This document shows, in pieces, positions 51,562-61,282 of a stretch of DNA of 64,000 bases. The DNA comes from Nitrospira sp. Lineage in GTDB: Bacteria; Nitrospirota; Nitrospiria; Nitrospirales; Nitrospiraceae. The stretch is from positions 960,001-1,024,000 of the forward strand of contig AP038806.1 of NCBI GenBank assembly GCA_047150005.1, in the 5' to 3' direction. Numbering within the stretch: position 1 is the first letter of the stretch; each line of letters opens with the position of its first letter. The notes beneath the pieces are model-generated. The model did no database searches. It was given only the letters and a program-made list of their open reading frames with translations, and was not told the origin of the DNA. Position numbers and translations under genes: made by a program.

Positions 51562-52068
51562 CTATTTCGAAGCAGCCTTGGCGAGTGCGTCCAAGGCTTC
51601 ATCCGCCAGACGCCGATGGTCGGCATCATTAAGAGTCCGCTGAACGACCTTTTCAGCCACCATCAAGGCGATGTCGGTGGTTTGGGTACGGATCTCCTGA
51701 ACGGCTTTTCGGCGTTCGTGTTCGATTTCGCGGGTCGCATCGCCCTTGATCCGCTCAGCCTCTTGCACGAGCCGTTGCTCGTTCTCATCGAGTAGCCGTT
51801 GGGCTCGTTCCTTCGCCGCCGCAAGAATGCCCTCGGCTTCTTTGGAGGCCGCGCTCAGCTTGGCCTCATAGTCCTTCAGTTTCCGTTCGGCCTCCGACCG
51901 GTGCCGCTCAGCCTGGTCCAAGCTGTCCCGGATCTTCTTCTCTCGTTCCTCCAACACCGCAAGGATGCCCGGGAAGGCGAACTTGTACAGGATGAAGAAG
52001 AGAATCGCGAAGGAGACGACCTCCCAGAAAATCAACGACGAGAAAAAATGGGACTCAAACTGCGGCAT
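51562..52068 (-). CDS. atpF: ATP synthase Fo subunit b
   Basis: N-terminal TM, then ER..I..LD.AE coiled coil. Confidence 0.93.
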   Translation of the reverse strand: MPQFESHFFSSLIFWEVVSFAILFFILYKFAFPGILAVLEEREKKIRDSLDQAERHRSEAERKLKDYEAKLSAASKEAEGILAAAKERAQRLLDENEQRLVQEAERIKGDATREIEHERRKAVQEIRTQTTDIALMVAEKVVQRTLNDADHRRLADEALDALAKAASK

Positions 52069-52080
52069 ATTCTAACCCAC

Positions 52081-52147
52081 GTGCTATGTGCTGGGTCCTG
52101 AGTGCTGAGCAGGCTTCTCAGCACTGAGCACTCGTTCCTCAGCACTG
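52081..52147. repeat. Inverted heptamer array (GTGCTGA x4 / TCAGCAC x4) between atpE and atpF
   Basis: GTGCTAT GTGCTGG GTCCTGA GTGCTGA ... TCAGCAC TGAGCAC TCGTTCC TCAGCAC. Confidence 0.85.
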
Positions 52148-52378
52148 TTATTTGCGCAGACCCATGATGATGAAGGCAATGACGAGGCCGTATAGAGCGA
52201 TGGCCTCGACCAACGCGAACCCGATCCACATGTACTTTCCGACGCGGCCTTCTGCTTCAGGCTGGCGCGCGACGGCTTCGATCATCTTGCCGAAAATGTA
52301 CCCGATACCGACGCCGGCTCCGGCGAACCCCGCGGCGGCGAGTCCCATACCCAACAATGCTGCAGCTGCTGAATCCAT
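52148..52378 (-). CDS. atpE: ATP synthase Fo subunit c
   Basis: GAGVGIG, ARQPE and FALVEAIAL. Confidence 0.96.
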   Translation of the reverse strand: MDSAAAALLGMGLAAAGFAGAGVGIGYIFGKMIEAVARQPEAEGRVGKYMWIGFALVEAIALYGLVIAFIIMGLRK

Positions 52379-52414
52379 TGTGTCCCGATCCTCCCTTGTC
52401 TGTGGCCACACGCA

Positions 52415-53167
52415 TCAGTGCGCGTGATCCTCACTTCCGTGCAAATGGAATGCATCCCCCAGGTAGACGCAGGTCAATACGGTGAAAATGTACGCCTGGA
52501 TGAACGCAATGCCGACCTCCAACCCGTTCATCGCAATGGTAAACGCAAACGGCAGCCAACCGATCAGCAGTCCTCCGCCGATTGCCAATCCAAACAAGAC
52601 CCCCAGAATCGTATGGCCGGCCGTCATGTTGGCAAACAACCGTACGGCCAGAGACACCGGCCTTGCGATTTGACTGACGAGCTCGATCGGAACCATCAAA
52701 GGGATGAGCCACCACGGCGTTCCCGGAGGGACGAGAATTCCAGGAATGAACTTCACCCCGTGGATGAGCAAGCCCATCAAAATGCTGAGGACGTACACGG
52801 TGATGGCAAACACCGCCGTGACGACGATCTGGCTGGTGACCGTATAGGTGCCTGGAATCAGCCCGAGCAGATTGCAGAACAGGATGAACAGAAACAAGGT
52901 GGCGATGAGAGGGAAAAACTTCATGCCCTCTTTTCCCATCGTGTCGAGAATGATGCCACGGATAAAATCGACGAGGATCTCCCCCAGACTCTGCAACTTG
53001 CCGGGCACGAGTTGCCTGGCGGAACTGGCCATGATCATCAAGATGGAAACCACGCCTACCACCACCCACATCATGATGACGGCCTTGTTGATTGAGATAT
53101 CCACCCCCCCAAACTGGACCGGAATGAAATTGTGGAGCTCGAAGGGATGTAGCGGACTTTCTTCCAT
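52415..53167 (-). CDS. atpB: ATP synthase Fo subunit a
   Basis: NLLGLIP, SLAVRLFANMTAGH and IQAYIF. Confidence 0.97.
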   Translation of the reverse strand: MEESPLHPFELHNFIPVQFGGVDISINKAVIMMWVVVGVVSILMIMASSARQLVPGKLQSLGEILVDFIRGIILDTMGKEGMKFFPLIATLFLFILFCNLLGLIPGTYTVTSQIVVTAVFAITVYVLSILMGLLIHGVKFIPGILVPPGTPWWLIPLMVPIELVSQIARPVSLAVRLFANMTAGHTILGVLFGLAIGGGLLIGWLPFAFTIAMNGLEVGIAFIQAYIFTVLTCVYLGDAFHLHGSEDHAH

Positions 53168-53197
53168 GGAACCTTGTGTATCTCTCTTATGAAACGT

Positions 53198-53419
53198 TCA
53201 TGACTTGGGCCATCGCTGCGCAGAGCGATAGGCGTTTCGAATTCCGGCGATGACGCCCAGAATCAACCCACACACCACACCCCAAGGGCTCGCCCCCCAC
53301 AGGTACGTGTCGGCCGCCCACCCGAGCCCTCCTCCGACGATCAGCGCAGCGAGCAGTTCCGTTCCGATACGAACGGCCTGGCCGAGCCCCGCATAAAACG
53401 GATCCTGTGAAGGGGGCAT
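53198..53419 (-). CDS. AtpZ/AtpI family protein
   Basis: Two TM helices with GWAAD..SPWG; first gene of the Fo operon. Confidence 0.85.
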   Translation of the reverse strand: MPPSQDPFYAGLGQAVRIGTELLAALIVGGGLGWAADTYLWGASPWGVVCGLILGVIAGIRNAYRSAQRWPKS

Positions 53420-53604
53420 GCTTCGCCTAGGCTGACCCACAGAGGCGAGTACTCAACCAGCTGCCTGAGTAAGGACTCTCCTGATGGCGGGCGCGCAATT
53501 CAAGCAGAATATCCGTGAATTTGTCAAGCCGACCGCTGCTGTGAAAGGCCCGGATGGCTGAGGTATAGTGATGACGCTGAACTGATCGCCAGACCGCCGG
53601 CACC

Positions 53605-55080
53605 ATGATCAGAGTCTCTCTGCCCTCAAAATCCGCGTTCCTGGACGGCCCTCCACAGCCGTTGGTGCTGACACTCGCGCCGTCCCGGTCGGTTCAGCCG
53701 GTGGATCTCTACGCGCGCCTGGCCTCGACGGCCGGCCCTTCATTCCTGCTCGATAGCGGAAGCCCGGCGCACGGTTCTGGACGGTTCTCCTATCTTGGAA
53801 GCGGCCCGACGACCGTCTTCTCGAATCACCAGACCGCCGGTTGTACGCTGGAGGAAGATCCTTTTCACCTCCTGCGGCAGGAACTCGCTGGAGCACACGT
53901 CGCGAGGACGCCGCAACTGCCTCCATTTTTTGGCGGCGCGGTCGGATATCTGAGCTATGACTTCGCTCGTCGTCTAGAACGCCTGCCGGCCGCGGCGCCG
54001 ATCGATCTCCCCATCCCCGACCTGCAGTTTGCCCTGTATGATCTGGTGACTGCGCTCGATCATGACGAGAACCACGTCCACATCATATTCTGTCCGTCGA
54101 TAACGCGCTTTCTCGGAGAAGACCGCAGCAAGCTCCTTCGAGAAGGATTGGACAGAATCGCGGCCTGCGAAGCGGATTACATCGCGCCGCAACCGGAGAC
54201 GCTGTCGGATCCGGTCATTCCGACCCTCTCGTTCGTTCCCGAGCAACCTCGGGATGCCTATCTTGACCGTGTGGGGCGGTGCCAGCGTTACATCGCCGCC
54301 GGAGACATCTACCAAGCCAATCTGTCCCATCGTTTCAACTTTCGCATTCCTGATCGCTACCGGACACCGTCGGAGCGTCTCCGATATGAACAAGCCTTGT
54401 ATCGACGACTCTCGATCGTGAATCCCTCTCCCTTTTCAGGCCTGCTGCGTTTCGACGACCTGGCCTTGATCAGCGCTTCGCCCGAGCGCCTCGTGCGGGT
54501 CCGCGGCGGGCGGGCCGACACCAGGCCCATCGCCGGCACGAGACCTCGCGGGCGGGGTCCGGAGGAAGATCGCCGGCTCGTTGACGAGCTGCTCCGCACC
54601 GAGAAAGAACGGGCTGAGCACGTGATGCTCGTCGATCTTGAGCGAAACGATCTCGGTCGCGTCTGCGAATTCGGGAGCGTCCACGTGGACGAGTTCATGG
54701 GGGTGGAGCAATATTCCCATGTGAGTCATATCGTGTCGAACATCAGCGGCCGGCTTCGACAGGATGTCTCGCCGTTCGACGTGATCAGAGCCATTTTCCC
54801 CGGCGGCACCATCACCGGTGTCCCGAAAATCCGCTGCATGGAGATCATCGACGAGTTGGAACCCGTCCGCCGCGGACCGTACACCGGGTCGTTCGGCTAC
54901 ATCGGTTGGAACGGAGACGTGGACCTCAACATCATTATCCGCACGTTGGTCCTGTCCAAAGACACCGGGTATCTGCAGGTCGGCGCCGGCATCGTCGCGG
55001 ATTCGGATCCCGCCCTGGAATATGATGAAACATTGCACAAAGCGGAAGCCTTTTTTGCTGCATTGGAACGGAGAGATTGA
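53605..55080 (+). CDS. pabB: Aminodeoxychorismate/anthranilate synthase component I family
   Basis: GDIYQANL, SPE, RPIAGT, EHVMLVDLERNDL and FPGGTITG. The adjacent class IV PLP enzyme favours PabB over TrpE. Confidence 0.8.
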   Translation: MIRVSLPSKSAFLDGPPQPLVLTLAPSRSVQPVDLYARLASTAGPSFLLDSGSPAHGSGRFSYLGSGPTTVFSNHQTAGCTLEEDPFHLLRQELAGAHVARTPQLPPFFGGAVGYLSYDFARRLERLPAAAPIDLPIPDLQFALYDLVTALDHDENHVHIIFCPSITRFLGEDRSKLLREGLDRIAACEADYIAPQPETLSDPVIPTLSFVPEQPRDAYLDRVGRCQRYIAAGDIYQANLSHRFNFRIPDRYRTPSERLRYEQALYRRLSIVNPSPFSGLLRFDDLALISASPERLVRVRGGRADTRPIAGTRPRGRGPEEDRRLVDELLRTEKERAEHVMLVDLERNDLGRVCEFGSVHVDEFMGVEQYSHVSHIVSNISGRLRQDVSPFDVIRAIFPGGTITGVPKIRCMEIIDELEPVRRGPYTGSFGYIGWNGDVDLNIIIRTLVLSKDTGYLQVGAGIVADSDPALEYDETLHKAEAFFAALERRD

Positions 55081-55955
55081 TGTGGATTTACTTGAATGAT
55101 CGATTTGTCGAAGCTGCGAATGCGGTGATCTCGGTCTTCGATCACGGACTGTTGTACGGTGACGGCGTATACGAAACCATCCGGTCGTACAAACGCAAGA
55201 TCTTCATGCGCGATCAGCACCTCGCTCGATTGCGACGTTCTGCCGACGCAATCGGGTTACGCGTCCCAGTGCCCGAGAGCGATTGGCCCGTGCTGTTGCA
55301 GGAGGCGATGCAGCGCAATGACGTCGGGAACGAGAGAACCGATGCCTATATTCGGATCACGATCTCGCGCGGCGTGGGGGATATCGGATTGGATCCAGCT
55401 CTTTGTCCTACGCCAACCGTCATCGTCATGACCAAGCCGCTCTCCCCGCCCCCGCCGCATCACTATCAGAATGGAGTCGACCTCATCGTGGCCAACACCC
55501 GGCGCAACTATCCTGGCGCGCTTGATCCCCAGATCAAATCCACGAGCTTTCTCAACAACATTCTGGCCAAGCGCGAGGCCATCGCGGCGCGAGCATTCGA
55601 CAGTCTGTTGCTGAACTGGGAATCCCATATTGCGGAATGTACGGTCAGCAACCTCTTCTTCGTGACAAACGGACGTCTCTGTACGCCGTCGTTGGCGTGC
55701 GGCATCCTTGACGGCATCACCCGTCGAATCATCCTGTCGTTGGCACAGGAGGAAGGAATCCAGGTTGAGGAGGGAGCGTACGGCCTCGATCAACTCGTTC
55801 AAGCCGATGAATGCTTCCTAACCAATACCACCATGGAGGTGATGCCGGTTACCAGCTTGAACCGGCGCCCGCTGGGAACGGGCAAACCGGGTCTTCTCAC
55901 CCACCGACTGCATCAACTTTTTGTCGCCAATCGGCCGCGATTTTTGGAAGCGTGA
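55080..55955 (+). CDS. Class IV PLP aminotransferase (PabC/IlvE-like)
   Basis: DHGLLYGDGVYET, ILDGITR and DECFLT. Confidence 0.9.
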   Translation: MWIYLNDRFVEAANAVISVFDHGLLYGDGVYETIRSYKRKIFMRDQHLARLRRSADAIGLRVPVPESDWPVLLQEAMQRNDVGNERTDAYIRITISRGVGDIGLDPALCPTPTVIVMTKPLSPPPPHHYQNGVDLIVANTRRNYPGALDPQIKSTSFLNNILAKREAIAARAFDSLLLNWESHIAECTVSNLFFVTNGRLCTPSLACGILDGITRRIILSLAQEEGIQVEEGAYGLDQLVQADECFLTNTTMEVMPVTSLNRRPLGTGKPGLLTHRLHQLFVANRPRFLEA

Positions 55956-56071
55956 TCGCGGGTCATAGCCTATCCTCTTGTTCTGTCTGCTGAACCGCCC
56001 GAGTTTCCCGGGCATGCGTTCTGCATTTTCTTGACAGATAGGTCGAGGCTGCTATCGTTTGTGGGCATACC

Positions 56072-56776
56072 ATGAATCAATCCGATCACGAACAGTCCAG
56101 AGGCCGCAGGCGGATCCGGATTGCTGCGACGGTACTGGCCGGCTGCACTTCGGCGGCGCTGCTGACTCCAAGCCATGCCTCCGCCGAAATCTATCAGTAC
56201 GTCAGTCCCAACGGGTCCATCTCACTTACCAACGTCCCATCGGACTCCCGCTACCGACGCATTGAGGTCGATTCGGCGCAGCTTCACACCACGCTCTCTG
56301 AGCGTGAACTGGAACCGCTCATTCGGCGCCATTCATCCCAGCATCAACTGCATCCTGCGCTTATTCGGGCCGTCATCAAGGCGGAGTCGGATTTCGATCC
56401 ACGGGCGGTCTCTCGGGCGGGGGCCGTCGGGCTCATGCAATTGATGCCTCAAACCGCCGTACGGCTGGACGTCCGAGACCTATACGATCCTGAAGAGAAT
56501 GTGGCGGGGGGCACCAAATATCTTCGGCAACTGCTCGACCGGTTTCACGGAGACCTACCCCTTGCGCTAGCCGCCTACAATGCGGGGGAGAGTGTCGTGG
56601 AGCGGTATCAGGCACTGCCGCCGATCGACGAAACCAGACAATATGTTCGAAAGGTACTGCGCTATTATCGAACCTTTCTCGTGCGCGACGGCGTCATCAC
56701 GGAACGCCCGGTCCACCGGTACTCCCTCCCGAGCTCAGCAGCAGACCCCGCGACTTTCGAGCCTGCTTCCCGCTGA
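56072..56776 (+). CDS. Lytic transglycosylase with DUF4124-like N-terminus
   Basis: IYQY..G.I..TNVP, VIKAES, GAVGLMQ and AAYNAG. Confidence 0.9.
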   Translation: MNQSDHEQSRGRRRIRIAATVLAGCTSAALLTPSHASAEIYQYVSPNGSISLTNVPSDSRYRRIEVDSAQLHTTLSERELEPLIRRHSSQHQLHPALIRAVIKAESDFDPRAVSRAGAVGLMQLMPQTAVRLDVRDLYDPEENVAGGTKYLRQLLDRFHGDLPLALAAYNAGESVVERYQALPPIDETRQYVRKVLRYYRTFLVRDGVITERPVHRYSLPSSAADPATFEPASR

Positions 56777-58355
56777 TTCCTTCAGTCATCGACAGGCGGC
56801 TGTGCTGTTGCCAGCCGGCCCGCCTCGCCTGAGGAAAATCCGACCGGTAATGGGCTCCGATGCTGTTTTCCCGCCACAGCGCCGCTTCGGCGATACACTG
56901 GGCGACCTGGACCATATTTTTCACTTCCAACGAAGCCCGGCTCCCCAACGGCTGCCCCATCATCTGGGCCCATCGTGAAAGTTGGGCACAAGCTCGAATG
57001 AGAGATTCTCCCGAGCGGATCACCCCGACTTGTCCCCACATTGTTCTCCTGAGCGAACTACGAAGCTTCTCGGCGTCCTCGACCGATCCGTAGTGTTCAG
57101 CTTTTAGCGCGGTGTCATAGGCGCTCAGAGACGGAGAGTCGTGCCGATCGCCGTAACTCACGGCGGCCATTGCGGCACGTGCGCCGAATACCAACCCCTC
57201 AAGCAATGAATTACTGGCGAGGCGATTAGCCCCGTGAACTCCGCTGCAGGCGACTTCACCCGCGGCAAACAGTCCCGGCACCGACGTGGCACCGTTCACA
57301 TCGGTCCAGACCCCTCCCATCATATAGTGCGCGCTTGGGGAGACCGGAATCCATTCCTCGGTGATGTCGATGTCATACCGCAGACAGGTCGCGTAGATCG
57401 TGGGGAAGCGACGCCGGATAAAGTCCGCACCCAACTGGGTGACATCCAGGTAGACATGCCGGGCCTTTGTCGCGGCCATCTCCGCCCAAATGGCGCGGGA
57501 TACGATGTCCCTGGGGGCCAATGCTCCCATTGGATGATAGCGATGCATGAAGAATTCGCCCTTCGTGTTGCGCAGCAGGCCGCCTTCTCCGCGCATGGCT
57601 TCGGACAGCAAGAACGGGGGACTTGAGGGAAGGTACAGAGCCGTCGGATGGAATTGCACGAACTCCATGTCCTGGAGGACTGCGCCGGCGCGCAGGGCCA
57701 TGGCCATCCCATCACCGGTGGCGTTGGGCGGATTGGTCGTGCGGGCATACACTTGACCGGCACCGCCGGTTGTCAGCACGACGGCCCTCGCCGGCATCAA
57801 GAGGCGACGCCCCGAATGCTCGTCCAGCACCAGCGCACCGCAACATCGACCGCCTTCGATCACCAGATCCACGGTAAAGTGATAATCCAGCCGACGAATG
57901 CGCGGATGTCTGACGGACTCGGCCATCAGGACCCGCACCATTTCGTTGCCCGTCGCGTCCCCTTGGGCACGCAGAATCCGACTCCGGCTGTGCGCCGCTT
58001 CCCGAGCGAATGCGAACTTCTCTCCCGTCTTATCGAACTTCGCCCCCCATTCGATGAGTTCCTGAATTCGATGAGGACCTTCCTCGACCAGCACGCGCAC
58101 CGCCTCTTTTCGGCACAGACCATGGCCGGCCTTCAGCGTGTCGGTCAAATGGATGGAGACATCGTCCTCCTCGCTCATGGCGACAGCCACTCCTCCCTGT
58201 GCATGGATCGAGCTGCTTTGGAGGGGATGGCCTTTCGTCAGCATGAGAACACGACCGGCTCGGCTCAGTTCCAGGGCCGCGCGAAGGCCGGCGACCCCGC
58301 TGCCGATGACGAGAAAATCAGCTGACGGTGATGGAGAGGGCGCTGGACGTCGCAT
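56697..58355 (-). CDS. nadB: L-aspartate oxidase
   Basis: IGSGVAG, EAAHSRSRI, FVQFHPT, HYMMGG and GANRLASNSLLEG. Confidence 0.95.
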   Translation of the reverse strand: MRRPAPSPSPSADFLVIGSGVAGLRAALELSRAGRVLMLTKGHPLQSSSIHAQGGVAVAMSEEDDVSIHLTDTLKAGHGLCRKEAVRVLVEEGPHRIQELIEWGAKFDKTGEKFAFAREAAHSRSRILRAQGDATGNEMVRVLMAESVRHPRIRRLDYHFTVDLVIEGGRCCGALVLDEHSGRRLLMPARAVVLTTGGAGQVYARTTNPPNATGDGMAMALRAGAVLQDMEFVQFHPTALYLPSSPPFLLSEAMRGEGGLLRNTKGEFFMHRYHPMGALAPRDIVSRAIWAEMAATKARHVYLDVTQLGADFIRRRFPTIYATCLRYDIDITEEWIPVSPSAHYMMGGVWTDVNGATSVPGLFAAGEVACSGVHGANRLASNSLLEGLVFGARAAMAAVSYGDRHDSPSLSAYDTALKAEHYGSVEDAEKLRSSLRRTMWGQVGVIRSGESLIRACAQLSRWAQMMGQPLGSRASLEVKNMVQVAQCIAEAALWRENSIGAHYRSDFPQARRAGWQQHSRLSMTEGISGKQARKSRGLLLSSGGSTGGPGVP

Positions 58356-58358
58356 GCA

Positions 58359-58859
58359 TCACTTTTTCGACGGAACGGCGGATTCTGCACCGGCTTGGCG
58401 CTGGCTCATGCCGAACGGAGAATCGCCCTGAACGCCCCGAAGCAGGACGGCTTTCGTTCCGACCCATTGCAGGCGACTGTGACCCCGCTGTCGCTGTCCG
58501 GGATCTTCGGCATTTCTTTTCCACACCCCCTGCCAATGGACATGGACATCGATATCATCTCCTTCGATCATGATCCGTTCCGCCCTGAACTCCAGAACGA
58601 TAGTGTGAAAGGTTTCAAAATCGTTCTCTGCTTCCCGTTGAAGCTGCTCCAACTGGTCAGTCGGCACCATCAACGAGGCCATTGCCGAGGCGTCCTTTTT
58701 CACATAGGCCAAGCGAAGCGATTCTACGGCTTTGTCAATGCGAAGGTACCGTTCATGATCTTCCGGATACTGCACCGATTTGCCGCCGCATCCGGCCCCC
58801 ACTAGAACCGATGCCAGAGCAAATGCCGCCACGCGTCGAATGATTCGAGCCACCGTCAT
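58359..58859 (-). CDS. Hypothetical lipoprotein
   Basis: Lipobox VGAGC; co-oriented with nadB. Confidence 0.75.
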   Translation of the reverse strand: MTVARIIRRVAAFALASVLVGAGCGGKSVQYPEDHERYLRIDKAVESLRLAYVKKDASAMASLMVPTDQLEQLQREAENDFETFHTIVLEFRAERIMIEGDDIDVHVHWQGVWKRNAEDPGQRQRGHSRLQWVGTKAVLLRGVQGDSPFGMSQRQAGAESAVPSKK

Positions 58860-58915
58860 CGTGCAGGCAGTATAGAAATCGGTTGTGAAAGAGGTCAAGC
58901 CGATGGCACAACGGC

Positions 58916-58944
58916 TTGCATTTTCGGACCAAAGTCCTTAGACT
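58916..58944 (+). promoter_or_regulatory. Sigma70 promoter of the small ribosomal protein gene
   Basis: TTGCAT-N17-TAGACT. Confidence 0.6.
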
Positions 58945-58968
58945 CCGCCGCGGAGGAGAGGAACCCGC

Positions 58969-59064
58969 ATGGCTAGTGTGCTCAAGAAACGCCGGAAGAA
59001 AATGCGCAAGCACAAGTACAAGAAACTGCGCCGGCGTCAAAAATTCCTTCGTCGCAAGAGCTAA
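58969..59064 (+). CDS. 31-aa bS22/mS38 (AURKAIP1/COX24, DUF1713)-like ribosomal protein
   Basis: MASVLKKRRKKMRKHKYKKLRRRQKFLRRKS*; GAGG RBS; absent from the ORF track. Confidence 0.92.
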   Translation: MASVLKKRRKKMRKHKYKKLRRRQKFLRRKS

Positions 59065-59094
59065 CCCCACCCAACGGACCGGGAGGAGGACGGC

Positions 59095-59313
59095 GTGCCG
59101 GAAGGCAAGAAAGTTCGCATCCGCGTTCGCACGGTTACCTGTGTGTACGTCGGGGACTTTCTCATTCCCCCGATGCGGCATCGGGTTTCCGATGCGATCA
59201 ACGAAGAGCAGCGTCTCTTTATCAATCTCACCGATGTCGTCATCAACGACAAGGATCGTTCCGAGTTTGTGGCCGTCAATAAGAATCTCATCGAATCCAT
59301 CGCACAAATCTGA
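59095..59313 (+). CDS. Small hypothetical beta-rich protein
   Basis: GGAGGAGG RBS; RVSDAIN..FINLTDV..FVAVNK. Confidence 0.8.
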   Translation: MPEGKKVRIRVRTVTCVYVGDFLIPPMRHRVSDAINEEQRLFINLTDVVINDKDRSEFVAVNKNLIESIAQI

Positions 59314-59409
59314 CGTTCAGCTTCTCGCATTCGTCGACACGTCCATGCCTGCCCACTGCAGCGGACGCTCCACGCCCGTAGTGCCCTGTCACTGAGACCC
59401 GGCGACACC

Positions 59410-61140
59410 ATGCCTACGTTCGGCAGATTGTTCCCTTTCGTCAAACCCTACATTCCCCGCATGGTCGCCGCGGGCCTGCTGGTCATGGCTGTGGCCGCGA
59501 TCAATCTGGCTTTGCTCCGGCTGGCCGGAAACCTCTGGGATGTGATTACCGTCCGCCACGACTCTTCGCGCATGACGGAATTGATCGGGGCGTTTCTGGG
59601 ACTTGTGCTCATCCAAGGGTTCTGTTCAATGGGGCACAGCTATTTAACCGCGTGGGTGTCCCAGCGCATCGTGGCCGACTTTCGAATCCATGTCTTCGCA
59701 CACCTTCAGACGCTTTCCGTCTCGTTCTTCGCCCGTCGCCGAACCGGCGAACTGTTGTCGCGGCTCATGAACGACGTCACGCTCATGCAATCCATCGCCA
59801 CAGAAACGCCGATCGACACCGCCAAACAGTTCGTCACCTTTGTGGGCGGCATCATCTTTCTCCTCGTGATGAACTGGCGACTGTGTTTGTTGATATTGAT
59901 CCTCCTGCCGCTACTCGTTCTCGTGGCGAGGTTCTTCGGCCGCAAACTCAAATCGCTTTCCACCTCGATCCAGGACCAGACCGCGGCCTTGAGCACGCTG
60001 ACGGAAGAAGTCATCTCCGGCATCCGCATTGTGAAGTCCTTCGTACAGACCGACAGGGAGGAGCGGCGATTCTCGGAGCAAATTGAACGGAATCTGTCCC
60101 TGGGCATGCGCCGCGCGGGCATCATGGCCGTCTTCATTCCAGTCATCAGCCTCCTGACCTTCTCCGCCGCGGCCGCCGTGCTCTGGTACGGAGGCAAACA
60201 GGTGATCGACGGATCGGTGTCTCCGGGTGAACTGTTTGCCTTCGTCCTGTTCGCAGGGATCTTGATCGGCCCGTTCAGCTCGGCCGCCAGAGTCTTCGGG
60301 CAAATTCGTGAAGCGCAGGGCGCCACACAACGCGTCTTTGAAATTCTGGATGCGCGCCCGGACATCTCCGATGCCCCGTCCGCACGTCCCATTGATTCCG
60401 TTGCAGGACATCTTCGTATCGAGCACGTGGGATTTTCTTATGATATTCGGCAGCCGGTATTAACGGATTTCTCCTTCGAGGCTCAGCCCGGGCAATTGAT
60501 CGCGATCGTCGGGCCGACAGGAGCGGGAAAGACCACGCTCGTCAACCTGATCCATCGGTTCTACGATCCGGCCGAAGGTCGGATCACGGTCGATGGACGG
60601 GACCTCCGGGACATCACCTTGGAGAGTTGGTATCGGCAGGTGTCCCTCGTCCCGCAGGAAACGGTCCTGTTCGGAGGAACCATCCTCGACAATATCCGCT
60701 ATGGCAATCCCCAAGCCGACGACGAGTCCGTCCAGGCCGCCAGTCGCGCCGCCCATGCGCATGATTTCATCGTCGGCCTTCCGGACTCCTATCAAACCCT
60801 GGTCGGCGAGAAAGGCGTCAATCTATCGGGCGGACAACGGCAGCGGATCGCCATTGCGAGGGCGATTCTCAAAAACCCTCGTGTTTTGCTTCTGGATGAG
60901 GCGACATCGTCCCTCGACAGCGAATCCGAGCGCCTGGTCCAGGAAGCGCTCGAACGGCTGATGATGGGCCGCACGACCTTCGTCGTGGCACATCGCCTGA
61001 CCACCATTCAACGGGCCGACCGCATTGTGGTGCTCAACAAAGGCGTCCTGGCCGAAACCGGCACTCATCACGAACTGATGGAACGCAAGGGACTCTATCA
61101 ATACCTCTATTCACTGCGTCTTTCCGAACTGCCCATCTAG
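59410..61140 (+). CDS. MsbA-like ABC exporter (permease plus ATPase)
   Basis: TM domain, GPTGAGKT, LSGGQRQR and LDEATS. Confidence 0.94.
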   Translation: MPTFGRLFPFVKPYIPRMVAAGLLVMAVAAINLALLRLAGNLWDVITVRHDSSRMTELIGAFLGLVLIQGFCSMGHSYLTAWVSQRIVADFRIHVFAHLQTLSVSFFARRRTGELLSRLMNDVTLMQSIATETPIDTAKQFVTFVGGIIFLLVMNWRLCLLILILLPLLVLVARFFGRKLKSLSTSIQDQTAALSTLTEEVISGIRIVKSFVQTDREERRFSEQIERNLSLGMRRAGIMAVFIPVISLLTFSAAAAVLWYGGKQVIDGSVSPGELFAFVLFAGILIGPFSSAARVFGQIREAQGATQRVFEILDARPDISDAPSARPIDSVAGHLRIEHVGFSYDIRQPVLTDFSFEAQPGQLIAIVGPTGAGKTTLVNLIHRFYDPAEGRITVDGRDLRDITLESWYRQVSLVPQETVLFGGTILDNIRYGNPQADDESVQAASRAAHAHDFIVGLPDSYQTLVGEKGVNLSGGQRQRIAIARAILKNPRVLLLDEATSSLDSESERLVQEALERLMMGRTTFVVAHRLTTIQRADRIVVLNKGVLAETGTHHELMERKGLYQYLYSLRLSELPI

Positions 61141-61180
61141 CATTTAGCATTGCGGCTAGATGGAGCCTCATCGCTTTTCC

Positions 61181-61219
61181 TTAACAAACCCCTAACGAGG
61201 CTGTAACCTCAACGCAACA
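61181..61219 (+). promoter_or_regulatory. Pho-box-like array (four hexamers at 11-bp period)
   Basis: TTAACA 61181, CTAACG 61192, GTAACC 61203 and GCAACA 61214. Confidence 0.65.
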
Positions 61220-61282
61220 TTCCTTGTTTACTCTGGCCGAGGCTATGCGAGGTCCGGTGTGAGTGGCAGCAAGGAGGGATTC

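Noticed and set aside
58904..58920. Sigma54 promoter TGGCACAACGGCTTGCA
   Set aside because: GG-GC spacing is one base too long; a sigma70 reading fits better.
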